The notes: a model not told the origin generated them from the sequence alone. Positions 50,510 through 62,681 are shown, counted from the first letter of the whole stretch. The stretch: DNA of 63,762 nt, filler included, from Hyphochytrium catenoides (GCA_900088475.1; 6 parts of 6 records of this genome joined end to end with filler, not necessarily neighbours in it), one strand, 5' to 3'. Numbers and translations: made by a program.

Positions 50510-50691
50510 GGGGAAAGGACGAGGGAGACAGAGGGGGAGAGAGAGAGAGAGGGAGAGAGAGAGAGAGAGAGAGAGAGTAAAAGCCCTGATAATCTATATA
50601 TAAAACTAAAGTAAGAGCCTATTTATAAAAGTGAAGAGTAAGAGCGGGACCTCTTGAGATAAGTGGGGGATAAGAGAGGGAGGGAGAGAAT

Positions 50692-50725
<34 letters not shown>

Positions 50726-50995
50726 AAGACGCAACAGTATATGATATAGGGCTTGAGAAGGAAGAGAGTCCCTTTCTTTGCCCACTAAGAAAGTATTTGC
50801 AAGAGAGACGAGAGAAAGACCAGTAAGAGAGAGGCAAAAGGTTGGTAAGACCCAAATAGAGAGACCAAGAGAAAGAGAGAGAAAGAGGAACAAAGCGGGA
50901 AGGCAGAGAGAGTGTGACGAGAAAATTGCATTGAAGACTGGAGATCTTGAGTTTGCACTAAAAGTTATTCTAAGAATAAGGAGAAAGATAGCGAC

Positions 50996-51051
<56 letters not shown>

Positions 51052-51417
51052 GTCGCCGTGCTAATCTCTTTCATTTAAAACCATAGGCGCCTAATTAGAA
51101 GAGAGAGGTAAAGAGAAAGAAAGAGAGAAAGAGGACAAAGGGAGAGAAATCATTTGGACACTAAGGGGAAGATGAGGGAGAGAGAGAGAGAGAGAGAAAT
51201 CCCGGCAGGGTCCTTCCTGCCAAGGCTCGCCTTGCAAACTTCTGCTGTGTAAATGTTAGGATTTCTGCTCCGTCTTTCTCTCCCTCCAGCGCTCCAAAAT
51301 GAGCAAACCAGCGAAGAGTCTCTTCTCCATAGAGATAAAGCCGCGGGAGTTGTTTTCCTTCGAAAGAGAAAAGGGAAGAGGAAAAACGGAGGGGCAGACA
51401 GAGAGGAACGGGGGAAG

Positions 51418-51462
<45 letters not shown>

Positions 51463-51874
51463 AGAGGTTGCAATATGCAGCCATTAAATTTCCTTTACAA
51501 GCATAGCACAGGAGAAGAAAGAGAGAGTAGAATGAAGGAATGTTGGGAGCTAAGAAAGAGAAAGAGAGAGACAGAGAGAGAGAGAGCGCGAGAGAGCGAG
51601 AGAGAGGAACAGAGAGAGAGAGAAAGAGAGAGACAGAAAGAGACAGAGCCTATCCCCAAAAGCAGTAAACAAGAATAAGACTATGCGAGACAGTTACATA
51701 GGTCGAAGGCAAAAGAGTATAACAAAAGGGATAAAACAGAGAGAGAGAGAGAAAGAGAGAAAGACTCACTTTCTCCTTGGGCTGCCTCTTTCTCTCTTGC
51801 CAGCAGAGGCTCAAGAAGAGCCTTTGTCCCNNNNNNNNNNNNNNNNNNNNNNNNNNNNNNNNNNNNNNNNNNNN

Positions 51875-51886
51875 TTAATTAATTAA
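51875..51886. other. Artificial contig linker
   Basis: TTAATTAATTAA between N runs. Confidence 0.97.
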
Positions 51887-52047
51887 NNNNNNNNNNNNNN
51901 NNNNNNNNNNNNNNNNNNNNNNNNNNNNNNTTTCTTCGTCTCCCGTGTTTTTGTCTCTTCCACTGTCCCGTACATGTCTCTCTCTTCTTTCAGTGCTCTT
52001 GTCTCTCCCTATCAGTCCTCCCTTCCCCATGTCTCCCCGATTTTACC

Positions 52048-52399
52048 TAGGAAAGGTTGGATGACAAGATTCCTCTCGAACCTCTTGTGATGTCCGCCAT
52101 AGTCACACTTGAAGCCGTCCAGCAGGTACATCACGTTATCAAAGATCTAGTGAAAGGAAACGTGAGATTATGAGAGGGATACTTAGAGAGAGAAAGAGGA
52201 GAAGATGGGAGGGACTCTCCGATAGAAAGGTGGCTAGAGAGAGAGAGAGAGAGACAAAGAGATGGGCAGAGAAAGATAGGATTAACAAGCAAGAAGAGAT
52301 GCGGAGAGTCCAGGACAGAGATGACCACTGGAGAGAGTTTCTCAGTAAGAGAGAAAGAGGGCGGGGAGAGAGTGGAAAGAGAGAGAGAGACACAGGGGC

Positions 52400-52432
<33 letters not shown>

Positions 52433-52821
52433 AGAGACCGTCATGTTAGCGAGCGAGAAAAGAGAGAGGCAGCCGTAGTATCATACATTTATGTAGGAGC
52501 TTCCATCATCACAGTCAACGCCTTGGTCCGCGTGGTAGCCGCCCAGGAGCAGATTGAAGCGGATCTCAGAGGCCGTCGGGACTATAGTCGGGGGCCCTCT
52601 TCCCTTCTCGAGAGTCAGCAGAGGAAGGCGATGCCAGCTGCACGGCGTAGGCCAAGAGAGGGGGAGGCCATGAGGCATGATGACAGCAGAGAGTTGGAGA
52701 GAGAAGGAGAGAGAAAGAAAGAGAATGCGATAAAGCGTTAAAAAGTCAAGGTGCAAGGTCAACAGAGTCAGGTTTGACTGGGCCAAATAGAGGTACAACT
52801 GAGACACGTAGAGAGAGAGAC

Positions 52822-52861
<40 letters not shown>

Positions 52862-54403
52862 GGAGAAAGAAGAGAGCAAGCGAGCGAGAGAGAGAGAGGA
52901 AAAAGAGACTGAGAGAGAAAGAGAAAGCCAGTTCTGACGTATTGATGGGCCCGTGGTCTCCCGATTCCCTGCAGGTGTTGAAGATAAGGTTTTTCTCTAT
53001 CAGGTGACCGCCGCCAAAGTGATCGTTCAGATTGATCCCCGCGCGAGGGCCATTGAAAAAGATATTCGAGGAGATCGTCGTAAATGCGCTCTTGGCCTAC
53101 ACGTGAGAGAAAGAGAGAGAGAGAGAGAGAAAGACAGGAAAGAGAAGCAGAGAGGAGAGGATAAGAAAAAGAAAGGCAAAAGAGAGAAAGAGAGAGGACC
53201 GAGAAGAGACACAGAGACATCGTTTAGGAGAAAGTCAGAGAAGAAGACACAAGAATAGGAATAGAGAGGCACATGCAAGTCAGAGAGAGAGACGAAAGGT
53301 AGACTTTTGAGGGGAATAGAGAGACAGACAGAGCTGGAAAGAGAGAAGAGAGAGACAGAGAGAGAAAGAGGGAGGCATTATTGTGGATGAAAGCCGTCAA
53401 TAAGAGAAAGACCAAGCCCATGAGCTGGTGCGGAAGTAACGACATTGTGATGGAAGAGAGTGCAGGGTAGGGATGACGGGAGAAAGCGTCAGACAGCGAT
53501 GAGAAAGAGAGAAAGAGACTGAGAGAGCGAGATAGATAGACCGAGATCGAGAAAGAAAGAGAGAGAAGGATTTACCATAAAAACCATGGAGGACTGTTTC
53601 TCCCAGATGCCGACCTCTCGAGCGATGTTCCCTGTGAGTTCTGTGAACCAAGGCTGCTGCCCGTCAGTGCCGTCAATGCCTTTAGTGCGGCCCCACAGGG
53701 CGATGGCACTATAGTCAGGTGGGAAGGGAACAGAAAGAGTGAGAGAGAGAGAGAGAGAGAGCGAGTGTTCGACGAAAAGAAGAAAATTAATTAAGATTGC
53801 CTTCAATCTAAAAGATAAAATATGTGAGAGAGCACGGCAAGCCATCAGTAGCCACGGGCCAGAGATAGATAGAGAGAAAGAGAGCGACAGGGAACAAGAA
53901 AGAGGGCACACGACAGACAGAGAGGCAACATTGAGAAAGAGAGAGAGAAGAATAGAGAGAGAGACATTTATCTTAATGCCCCTGGCAGCCCGACACGGAG
54001 ATATATATATTATAGACCAATTCACGATAGATAGATAAAGACAAGGAAACGGGTTGATCAATAGAGAAAGAGAGAGAGAGAAAGAGAGACAGACAGAGAG
54101 AGAGAGAGAGAGAGAGAAAGAGCGAGAGAGCGAGAGAGAAAGAGCGAGAGAGAGAGAGACGTCGGACCTATCGCCAATCCAGGCGAAATGGTTGTTTCTG
54201 ATGGAAGAGTGCCAGTTCCTCCCTGAGAGCATCAGCGCATTGCCATCCAAACGCAGGAAGTCGCATCCTAACACAGACAAGCCCCACGTCCCTTCCACGA
54301 ACAGAGCGGCAGAGCGCTGTAGCGCCCTAACAAGAAAGAGACAGCGGGAAGAATAAGAGACACAAAGCATTAGTGGTACACAGAGTGACAGAGAGAGAGA
54401 GAC

Positions 54404-54434
<31 letters not shown>

Positions 54435-54734
54435 AAAAGAGAGAAAAGAGAGAGAAAGAGAGAGACGACGGGTGCCGAGAGACAGGCAAGAGGTGAGAGA
54501 GATTGTGTGCAGAGTGACAGGGAGATGAGGAGAGGGTTGGATGTCCCTTCAGAGGACCAACAAAAGTTGAGAGGAGCCTTCTGATGCCAATAAGAGATCA
54601 GAGAGAAGAGAGGAAGAAGAGAAAGATTAAGAGAGAGTGAGGAATCAGCTCACCAGTCGCCTCCTGAAGGGACTCCATGGGGATCCTAGGCACATCGACA
54701 GAGGAGAAAAAGGATGAGTTATCATTACTCAATG

Positions 54735-54783
<49 letters not shown>

Positions 54784-55659
54784 CTCTGGTTTTATTGCCC
54801 TCTACTTGTCTTCTGTCTCTGCTATTTCGTTCTCTCTCCCTTTTGCCTCTCTCTCGCTCCCCCTCTCTCTCAGTTTCTCTCTCCCTCAGTCTCGCTCTCT
54901 CCGGTCCGCCCTTTCTCTCTCTCTCTGTGTCTCTCTCTCGCTCCATCTCTTCTGTCTCTCTGTCTCTCCCTTCCTCGGCTCTAGTCCCTTCTCTTCTTTC
55001 CTTTACTTCCGACCTTACCATAAAAGTGCTGGCCGCGTCTCGGAAGCCGAGGCCATAGAGCGTGACGTTCTTCACCAGTCCTGTCGTCCTTCCTTCTCTC
55101 TTTTCCCTCGTCTCTCCCTCTTCTTCTCTCCCGCTTATCTCTAAAATAACCTTCAGGGAAGAGTCCGTGGCTACGAGTTCTTCGGGGGGCGACGCTGAGG
55201 CGTTGGGCCATAGAAATAAACGACGAGAAGAGAGAGAGAAGAACCACTCTCCTGGACTGTCCAGCTCCTCAAAGATGTTCTCTATGTACCAGGCATTACC
55301 TACGAGATGGCCCTCTTCCTCTCCCGTTACCGCTTTCTTTGAATCGAAAGAGACAGGGAAAGGAGAAAGAGAATAGAAAGAGAGAGAGAGAGAGAAGAAT
55401 TGAGAAAGAATACATATGCACAAGGGAAGATTGGAAGAAAGAAGGCTGCAAGACAAGAGAGAAAGCAGAGAGAGAAAATGAAGATGAGGGCAAGAGAACA
55501 CCGGAAGGATGGGGAAGGAGACACTCCTCCCGCCTACCTTTGACTCATAGTGCCACCCACGGCCACCTAAGGGAAGCCATACCGTGGTTTAGAGAAAGAA
55601 AAGCTGACGAAGAAAAGCTGACGACGAAGAATTGTCCCCTTCTCAGTCTTACGGCCGCT

Positions 55660-55692
<33 letters not shown>

Positions 55693-57171
55693 ACGCACAC
55701 ATGCCGTGGAAACGGGTAGAAGAGTTGCCTCGTATGTCCCTTCTTTCAGGGGAGGTTCTCCACCATGTCCTGAGCTCTCTGTTTGCTTGTTTTTCTACTC
55801 TTTCTCGCTGTACTATTCCGAACTGTCTCTCCAGTAAGTAACTCTCCTTGTCTTTCTTTTTCTCTCTCTCCCTCTTTCTTGGCCTCCCACCTCTATCCCT
55901 CTTTGTGACATAAATCTTCTCTCTGCTCTCACACCTCATCCACCTCCTTCTCTCTCTTTTTCTCCTCTCTCTGTCTTTCTCTCTTTCTCTCTCTCGCTCT
56001 CTCTTTTCTCTGTCTCTCTCTCTTACCTTGGAATCCTCCGTAGGTCCATTCTAGTTCTCCCGTCTTATTATTAGCGCTTTCCACTCTGAACATATTCGTG
56101 AACCAGCGCCAGTGGCGCCAGCAGTGCAGCACCGCGCCGCTCGCATTGGCGCCCCAGGAGCGAATGCGAGAGAGAATCGATGGATCTCGCGGCCTTAGAC
56201 CCTGTTAGTGGGGAGAAAGAGAGGGAGAGAAAGAGAGGAAGAGAAAGAGAGGGAGAGAAAGAGAGGAAGAGAAAGAGAGGAAGAGAAAGAGAGGAAGAGA
56301 AAGAGAGGGAGAGAAAGAGAGGGAGAGAAAGAGAGGGAGAGAAAGCACGACGGTGGTAGGAAAGAAAGAAGGAAAACGGAGAGCGAAAAAGAGAGTTAAG
56401 GGGAGAGGGGTTGAGTAAAGAAGAGAAAGAGAGAGAGAGATAAGGGGAGAGAGTAAGAGAGAGAGAGAGAGAGAGTAAGAAACAGAGAGAGAGGGAAAGA
56501 GGGGGAGAGAGAGAGAGGAGAGAGATAGCGAAGGAGAAATATGAACAAAGCGAGGGGAAACCGAGGCAGACCGTGAAAGCTGCAGTGCTCAGCAGTGACA
56601 TAGACGAAAAGAGAGAGAAAGAAGGAGAGTGAGAGAGCTCACCCGGAGCGAGTGAAGAGAGAGAAATGTCAGCAAGTACGCCCTGCTGTGAGCGATAAAT
56701 AGGAGAAGAGAGACAGCCTTGAAAGCGAAGGCGGGAGGCCATGTAAAGAGTGAGAGGAAATCTTGAGAGACATCGCCGCTGCTGCTACGTGTTTGAAGCG
56801 AGACAGAGTCTAGAGAAGCTGAAGAAGACGGCGGAAGAAAGGGAGAGAGAGAAAGAGAGAAAGAGAAGAGAGAGAGAGAGAGAGAGAGAAGGCAAGAGGT
56901 ACAGAAGACTCACAGTGGGCAGCAAAGGCCCCAACCGATCCATCTCCGCCCAGCCTCCGTCACAATATTCAGAGCACCAGTAGGACTCGGGAGGCGACCA
57001 CGGGGAACAAGCACCTCTCTCTCCTTCTCTCTCTTCTTCTCTCTTCTCTCCCTCTCCCACTCCAGTGGTAAAGCGATTGTAGTTGGTGAAAGTAGAGAGA
57101 GAAGGCGCTGGGTCCGAGACAAGGATTGTCTGTGACTTTCTATGNNNNNNNNNNNNNNNNNNNNNNNNNNN

Positions 57172-57204
<33 letters not shown>

Positions 57205-57866
57205 GGGAAGAGAAAGAAAAAGAGAGACAGCGAGGGTGAGGCTGAGCGCCCGACGTTCAAAGGTAGGGGAGTGAAAGGTTTTATGCCCTCCGGCATAGGG
57301 AGAGAGAGGCCGTAGAGCGAGCAAATAAGAGAAAGAGAGGGACAGAAAAAGACAGAGAGAGAGACACGGATATAATTTTTGCTGCTTTCGCACCGGGGCT
57401 TCCTCTTCATCATCCACTCTCCCGCTTGCGATTGGATCCAACCATCCCTTTGAACTTCAGGGTCAGCGTTGGGCCAACGGGCGCGGATAAACCTCTTGGA
57501 GAAAGAGGGAGAGAGAGAGAGAGAATTCGAGGAGGAGAGAGAAGGAGAGAGAAACTGATTGAGACCTAGAATTTCTTCACCTGGCAGTTCTTCTCTAGAG
57601 ATATCAGCAAACCAAATGTTTCTTTCTCTTGACCCTCTCTCCTCCCCATCTTCTCTCTCTCTCTCTGTCTTTCTCTTCTTTCTCTCCATGCGTCGCCATT
57701 TTGGGCGGAGAAGACGCCCTCCGCTGATCCAAACTCTTCCTCTCTCTTTTTCTGATGCAACAGAGAAAAGGAAGCAACTGTCTTCCGGATAGAGTCTGAG
57801 AGTTTCCGAGATGAAGTGTACTCCGGAGAGAAGGAACACTGCGCATCGCTCTTCTTCACGGCAATC

Positions 57867-57900
<34 letters not shown>

Positions 57901-58786
57901 CACCGCGGAAGAGAGAGAGAGGTCCGGAGAGGAGAGAGAAAGGAGAGAGGATGAGAAATGAGGGAGAGTGAGGAGAGCAGACTGCACAGAGCAGATGACT
58001 GGCGGAGTCGTTGAAGCAACAAAACACTGGGGAGAAGAAAGAGAAAAAGGGAAAACAAGTGAGAGAGAATTCGCGATAGAAGTAAGACGTAGGAGGACAC
58101 GAAGGAGAAAAAGTGAAGAGAAGACGTCGTTACAGACATAGTAAAGAGGATGTTATCGCGGAGGGCCGCAGACAAAGAAAGAGCCGGAGAGAGATAGAGA
58201 GAGCGCAAGAAGAGAGACACACCGAGGCACGCAAAAGAGAGGCGCGGAGAGAAAAAGAGCGAGGGAGAGCGAGAGACAGACAAAGCCTACAATATGTCAA
58301 TATATACTGCCAATATACTAGCATACCTATTTTTCCTTTTCTCTTCCTTCTTTCTCTTCTGGTGCGGTAGATGGCTTCCTCTATAGTCCTGAGCGGAAGA
58401 GAGAGAGAGCCTAGATTGCCATCGTCTCCTTTTGGAGACACATAGAAAGCACAAGACGGAGAGAAAGAGAAAGGAAGAGATTGATTCTGCCTATTCGCTT
58501 TCTCTCTCTCCACTTTCATCTCTCTGTCTTCTCCATCATGTCTGCAACCGCGAGAGCGAAGCTCCAGAGCATCTGAGACGGTCTGCAGCTCCTCTGGAGC
58601 TCGGAAGGAGCTTTGAAGACGAAGAGCAAAGCGCCACGCTGCCTCTCTGACGCCACAGTCTAACTCTTTGGGAAGATCAACTCTCTCCCAACGATCATCT
58701 CTCTCTTGTGTCTCTTCCTCTCTTTCCCTTCTTCCCTGGGCCTGCGCTAAAGAAAGAAGAAAGAGAACAAGGAACTGGCGCTTCAT
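52048..58786 (-). CDS. Secreted right-handed parallel beta-helix protein (pectin-lyase fold, GH141-like); 3' end truncated
   Basis: Signal peptide MKRQFLVLFLLSLAQA; motifs FYVSPKGDDGN.GS...PLRTI, RARWPNADPE, GGFQGGRG, WYIENIFEELDSPGEWFF, LDGNALMLSG, FAWIGDSAIALWG, GIWEKQSS, FNGPRAGINLND.FGGG, CRESGDHGPIN and DCDDGSSY. Confidence 0.85.
56211..56344. repeat. 14-bp higher-order purine repeat GAGAAAGAGAGG(G/A)A, ~9 copies, intronic
   Basis: Directly visible periodic array. Confidence 0.8.
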
Positions 58787-59201
58787 TCTTCTTCTGATGA
58801 CAGGGGGAAAAGGAAAGAGATGAGAGGAGAGAGAGAGAGACAGAGAGAGAGAGAGAGATTGAAAAGAGATCAACCTGATGAAGCCTGCCTTTTGGTGAAC
58901 TTATAGAGCCAGGAAAATAGAGTTCGTCTCAGCACCGCGCACCTTGGGAAATGAAAGGAAGAAAGATCGATGACTCTCATAACCTTGGGAGAGAGAAAGA
59001 GACTAATAGCCGAGCGACGGGCGGAGCTCCAGCAGAGGTAATGGGCGAAGCAATAGAGACGAGAGGAGGAGAAGAGAGCGAGAGAGAGAGAGATCGGAAA
59101 CGAAGGGAGAGAGAGGGAGAGAGTGGGAAGGAGGCAAGAAAGAGAGAGAGAGAGAGANNNNNNNNNNNNNNNNNNNNNNNNNNNNNNNNNNNNNNNNNNN
59201 N

Positions 59202-59213
59202 TTAATTAATTAA
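59202..59213. other. Artificial contig linker
   Basis: TTAATTAATTAA between N runs. Confidence 0.97.
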
Positions 59214-59731
59214 NNNNNNNNNNNNNNNNNNNNNNNNNNNNNNNNNNNNNNNNNNNNTCTCTATACCTCACTCACACAGACCTGTCAAACACACTCTCTC
59301 CTCCTGTGGATCTTGTCAGTATCTCTTTGCCTTCTCATCATACCTTTTCAAATATCAGGGTGATTACTAAGAAATGATTCACTAGTATGCAGTGTATCGG
59401 ATAACTAGATGTACCGGTATAGAGCCTCTAGATTAATCAAGAAAAAATGATAACCAGGAATAGATGAGAATCAAAGAGAAGGAGAAGAAGAGTCAGATAA
59501 CCAGTCCATCAACTCAGACCCAGATCCCGGAATATGTTGAGATTAAACTGGCCTTGTACAGTCAGTCAGAGAGTATTCCGGAATAAGGGGTTGATTAGTG
59601 ACCTTCTGCACTTCTTGTGAAGGAAAGAGCCAGAAAGGGTGTTGACGAAGGATATCTTTCTGTCTCTCTCTCTCTTCTCTCTCTCTCTCTCTCTCTNNNN
59701 NNNNNNNNNNNNNNNNNNNNNNNNNNNNCTT

Positions 59732-59766
<35 letters not shown>

Positions 59767-60239
59767 TCCTCTCTCCTCTCTTTTGAACTACCACCTCGTT
59801 CGTAGCTCGGAAGTTGGACGGTAGGATTCTCATCGCATTCTCCATAGTGGTAGATGTTCAATCATACTTTCTGATTCTGTGATGACCTTCAAAAGGCAGC
59901 CGTCGACGTAATGTCAGCACAGTCGGCCGCTCCGTACCGATCTTTGGCCAAGGATGATGATGGACTAACCTTCTGAGACAGTCAGGCCGAGAGTGACGAG
60001 GAAAGAGAGCTACTCAAGATGCAGCTTCTAACTGTCTTTCACACCGTCTGCGGCTGGGCCAACCGTGCAAACAGATAGATTCTGTGCCAAAGCAATCATC
60101 TCTTCCACCCGCCGCCTGACAGTTGTCGGTCACTCGCTTTTCCTCCTAGCGCAAGCAACATCAACAGCTTTTCATCCCAGCCGCCTCTTCCCTATGCTAA
60201 GCCGCGCACGTCCAAGGTCTAGTTAGCTCTATCTTAAAC

Positions 60240-60764
60240 ATGGCTCCTGCATTTGACAGCGCAAAGTCTGGCATCACGAACGGCGTGAAAGGCTGCGCGA
60301 AGGTTTTGAAAGGCTTCAGAGACTTTGTCCTTCGAGGAAACGTGATAGATTTGGCAGTTGCTTTGGTGGTCGGTAATGCCTTCACAGCGCTTGTCACCTC
60401 CTTTGTCACAGCCTTCGTCACCCCGTTGATCGCTCTCATTGGAGGGGAGAGAGATTATACGCAGCTGGCCTTCACAATCAATGGCACGCTCTTCGGATAC
60501 GGGCTCTTCCTCACAGCTTTGATCACCTTCATGATCATCGCCTTCGTCTGCTATTTCTTTCTTGTCCTGCCTACCAACACGCTGCTAGACAGAGTGAAAC
60601 AAGTGACAACTAAGGAGTGCCCTTACTGCTGCTCCAAGGTGCCCATGAAAGCTACGAGGTGCCCGCAATGCACCTCTCACCTGGACGCAGCAGAGCAGAG
60701 ACAGACCGTGGTGATCGATAAGATAAATGAAGCTGGCAAGGACTATGTCGCCTACACAGACTAA
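60240..60764 (+). CDS. mscL: Large-conductance mechanosensitive channel MscL with C-terminal double CxxC zinc ribbon, intronless
   Basis: S1 helix and TM1 LKGFRDFVLRGNVIDLAVALVVGNAFTALVTSFV...TPLI; TM2 YGLFLTALITFMIIAFVCYFFLV; tail KECPYCCSKVPMKATRCPQCTS. Confidence 0.96.
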   Translation: MAPAFDSAKSGITNGVKGCAKVLKGFRDFVLRGNVIDLAVALVVGNAFTALVTSFVTAFVTPLIALIGGERDYTQLAFTINGTLFGYGLFLTALITFMIIAFVCYFFLVLPTNTLLDRVKQVTTKECPYCCSKVPMKATRCPQCTSHLDAAEQRQTVVIDKINEAGKDYVAYTD

Positions 60765-62341
60765 AGTCCTAGATGTGAGATAAAACAGCGAGAAACCAAG
60801 AAGGAAGAAGTCGCTCCAATGCCCTCTCATTGTTGCTCTTCAGGACCTTACCATGCTAGGAGCAATTGCTCTCTTCTCTCTCTCTCTCTCTCTCTTTGTC
60901 GGGCAGCCAACGCTACTGCTCAGTCTCTGGTCTAACGAGCTATAGGGATGTACTCCTAGCTCCGGGCGTAGCTCCCTAACTGCGCCTTCTATTTATGATA
61001 GAACAAGTATAGTGACGTCCAAAGCCATGCTTTAAAGCTTTTGCTAAGTCCTTGCTTTAATACCATTCTGCTGTGCCCACGCTGCATTGAGTTCATCGTC
61101 AAAAGAGCCATAAAGAGACACGAAGTTTACTAAGTGCAATAAAGGCAGCCCTTCTCTCTGGCAGGCAGTGTGTCCCTCTTTGTCCGCATGCTTCTCTTAC
61201 AATCGACTCTTGTCTCCGTCATTGGAGGCTTCTTTTCCAAGCTCTTCCGGCTTACGTCCTCTGCTCTTCTTTGCAGTCTTCCCTCCTCTCAGGACTGATG
61301 GCTCCCTCTTATTCTTTGTTCTCTGCCCTGCTCCCTCACTTCTTCTAAGCCTGTTCCTGGACTTTCATCCATCTTTCTCTCTTCCTCGTAGCCGCAAGAG
61401 CGGCAGCCGTGGTTCGGGGTAGCTATTTTACGAAGGTAGTATCTTAATGTTGGAAGACCTCTCTACGGCTTTGGGCACAAACCTCTGGCCAGAAGGGAGA
61501 GAGAGCCAGAGAGGGAATGGATAGGAGAGAGAGAGGAGAGAATGGGGGAGAGAGAAAGAGAAGGAGGGAGAAAGTGCTAACAAATTAATAAGAGGAAACA
61601 TCTCGCTGGCACTCATCAACAGGTGGCGATGGATGTATGTAGTGTGTGAACACCCTTGAAACTCTCCATCGTTGGAGAAAAAGTTGAAGCTTTACGACCG
61701 TACGAGAGAAAGATAGAGACGAAGAGCCAGAGAGAGAGAGACACAGGCAGCAAGAATATACAAGGAAAGAGAGAGAGCGAGGACCTACGAAGAAAGACGG
61801 TCCTTGGGAACGTTTGAGCTGATGGATGAAGTGCTTGATTATCGAACTATGGTAGGACGGAAGGATAAGGAAAACTGGAAAGAAGATGTCCAAGACTGTC
61901 GTCCGCCTGTCTTCGTGCCCTGAGGATGGCTGGTCGAAGAAAAGGGCACCGCAGTGAGAGAGAGCTACCAGCAGTAGTTCTACGCTACACTTTCTGTCCC
62001 ATCTCTCTTGGTCACCTCTCCTTTCATCATGTCTCTCTTCCAATGTTAATCTCTCTCATCTCTGCGCTCTCCTCCTTATGGTCTCCTCTTCTCCTCCTTC
62101 CTCCTCTTGTTCGTGCTCTCTCTCTCCATTCTGTCTCTTTCTTTCTTGCTCTCCATCTTTTAATTCTTCTCTCGCTCGCTTCTCATCCCGCCCTCGCGCT
62201 CCTTCGCTTGGCTCTCTTTCGATTCTTTCTTCTTCTCTCTGGGTGTGGATTCCTTCCCCATCATTGGTCAGCGAGGAGGGATCAAGGACATCAGGAGAGN
62301 NNNNNNNNNNNNNNNNNNNNNNNNNNNNNNNNNNNNNNNNA

Positions 62342-62383
<42 letters not shown>

Positions 62384-62669
62384 AAAGAGAGAGCGAAGAG
62401 AGAAGAGAGAGGCAGTGGAGTCAGAACAGCTCATCACCAAGGGACACGTGTCGGCGCATCAATCTTCTGACTCTCAATCGTGACCACTCAGCCAATGACC
62501 TGCATCTCTCGATGAGCTTACCTGGTACATAGTACCTTACTCTGTGTTGTGCTCACCCACCGAATGGGATAAGAAGTTTTGTTCGCATGACGGATTGGTG
62601 CGTTGTAGTTGTTAGGTTAGTCATCNNNNNNNNNNNNNNNNNNNNNNNNNNNNNNNNNNNNNNNNNNNN

Positions 62670-62681
62670 TTAATTAATTAA
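62670..62681. other. Artificial contig linker
   Basis: TTAATTAATTAA between N runs. Confidence 0.97.

Noticed and set aside
61428-62043. Minus-strand ORFs downstream of mscL
   Set aside because: No recognisable motif or consistent exon chain.
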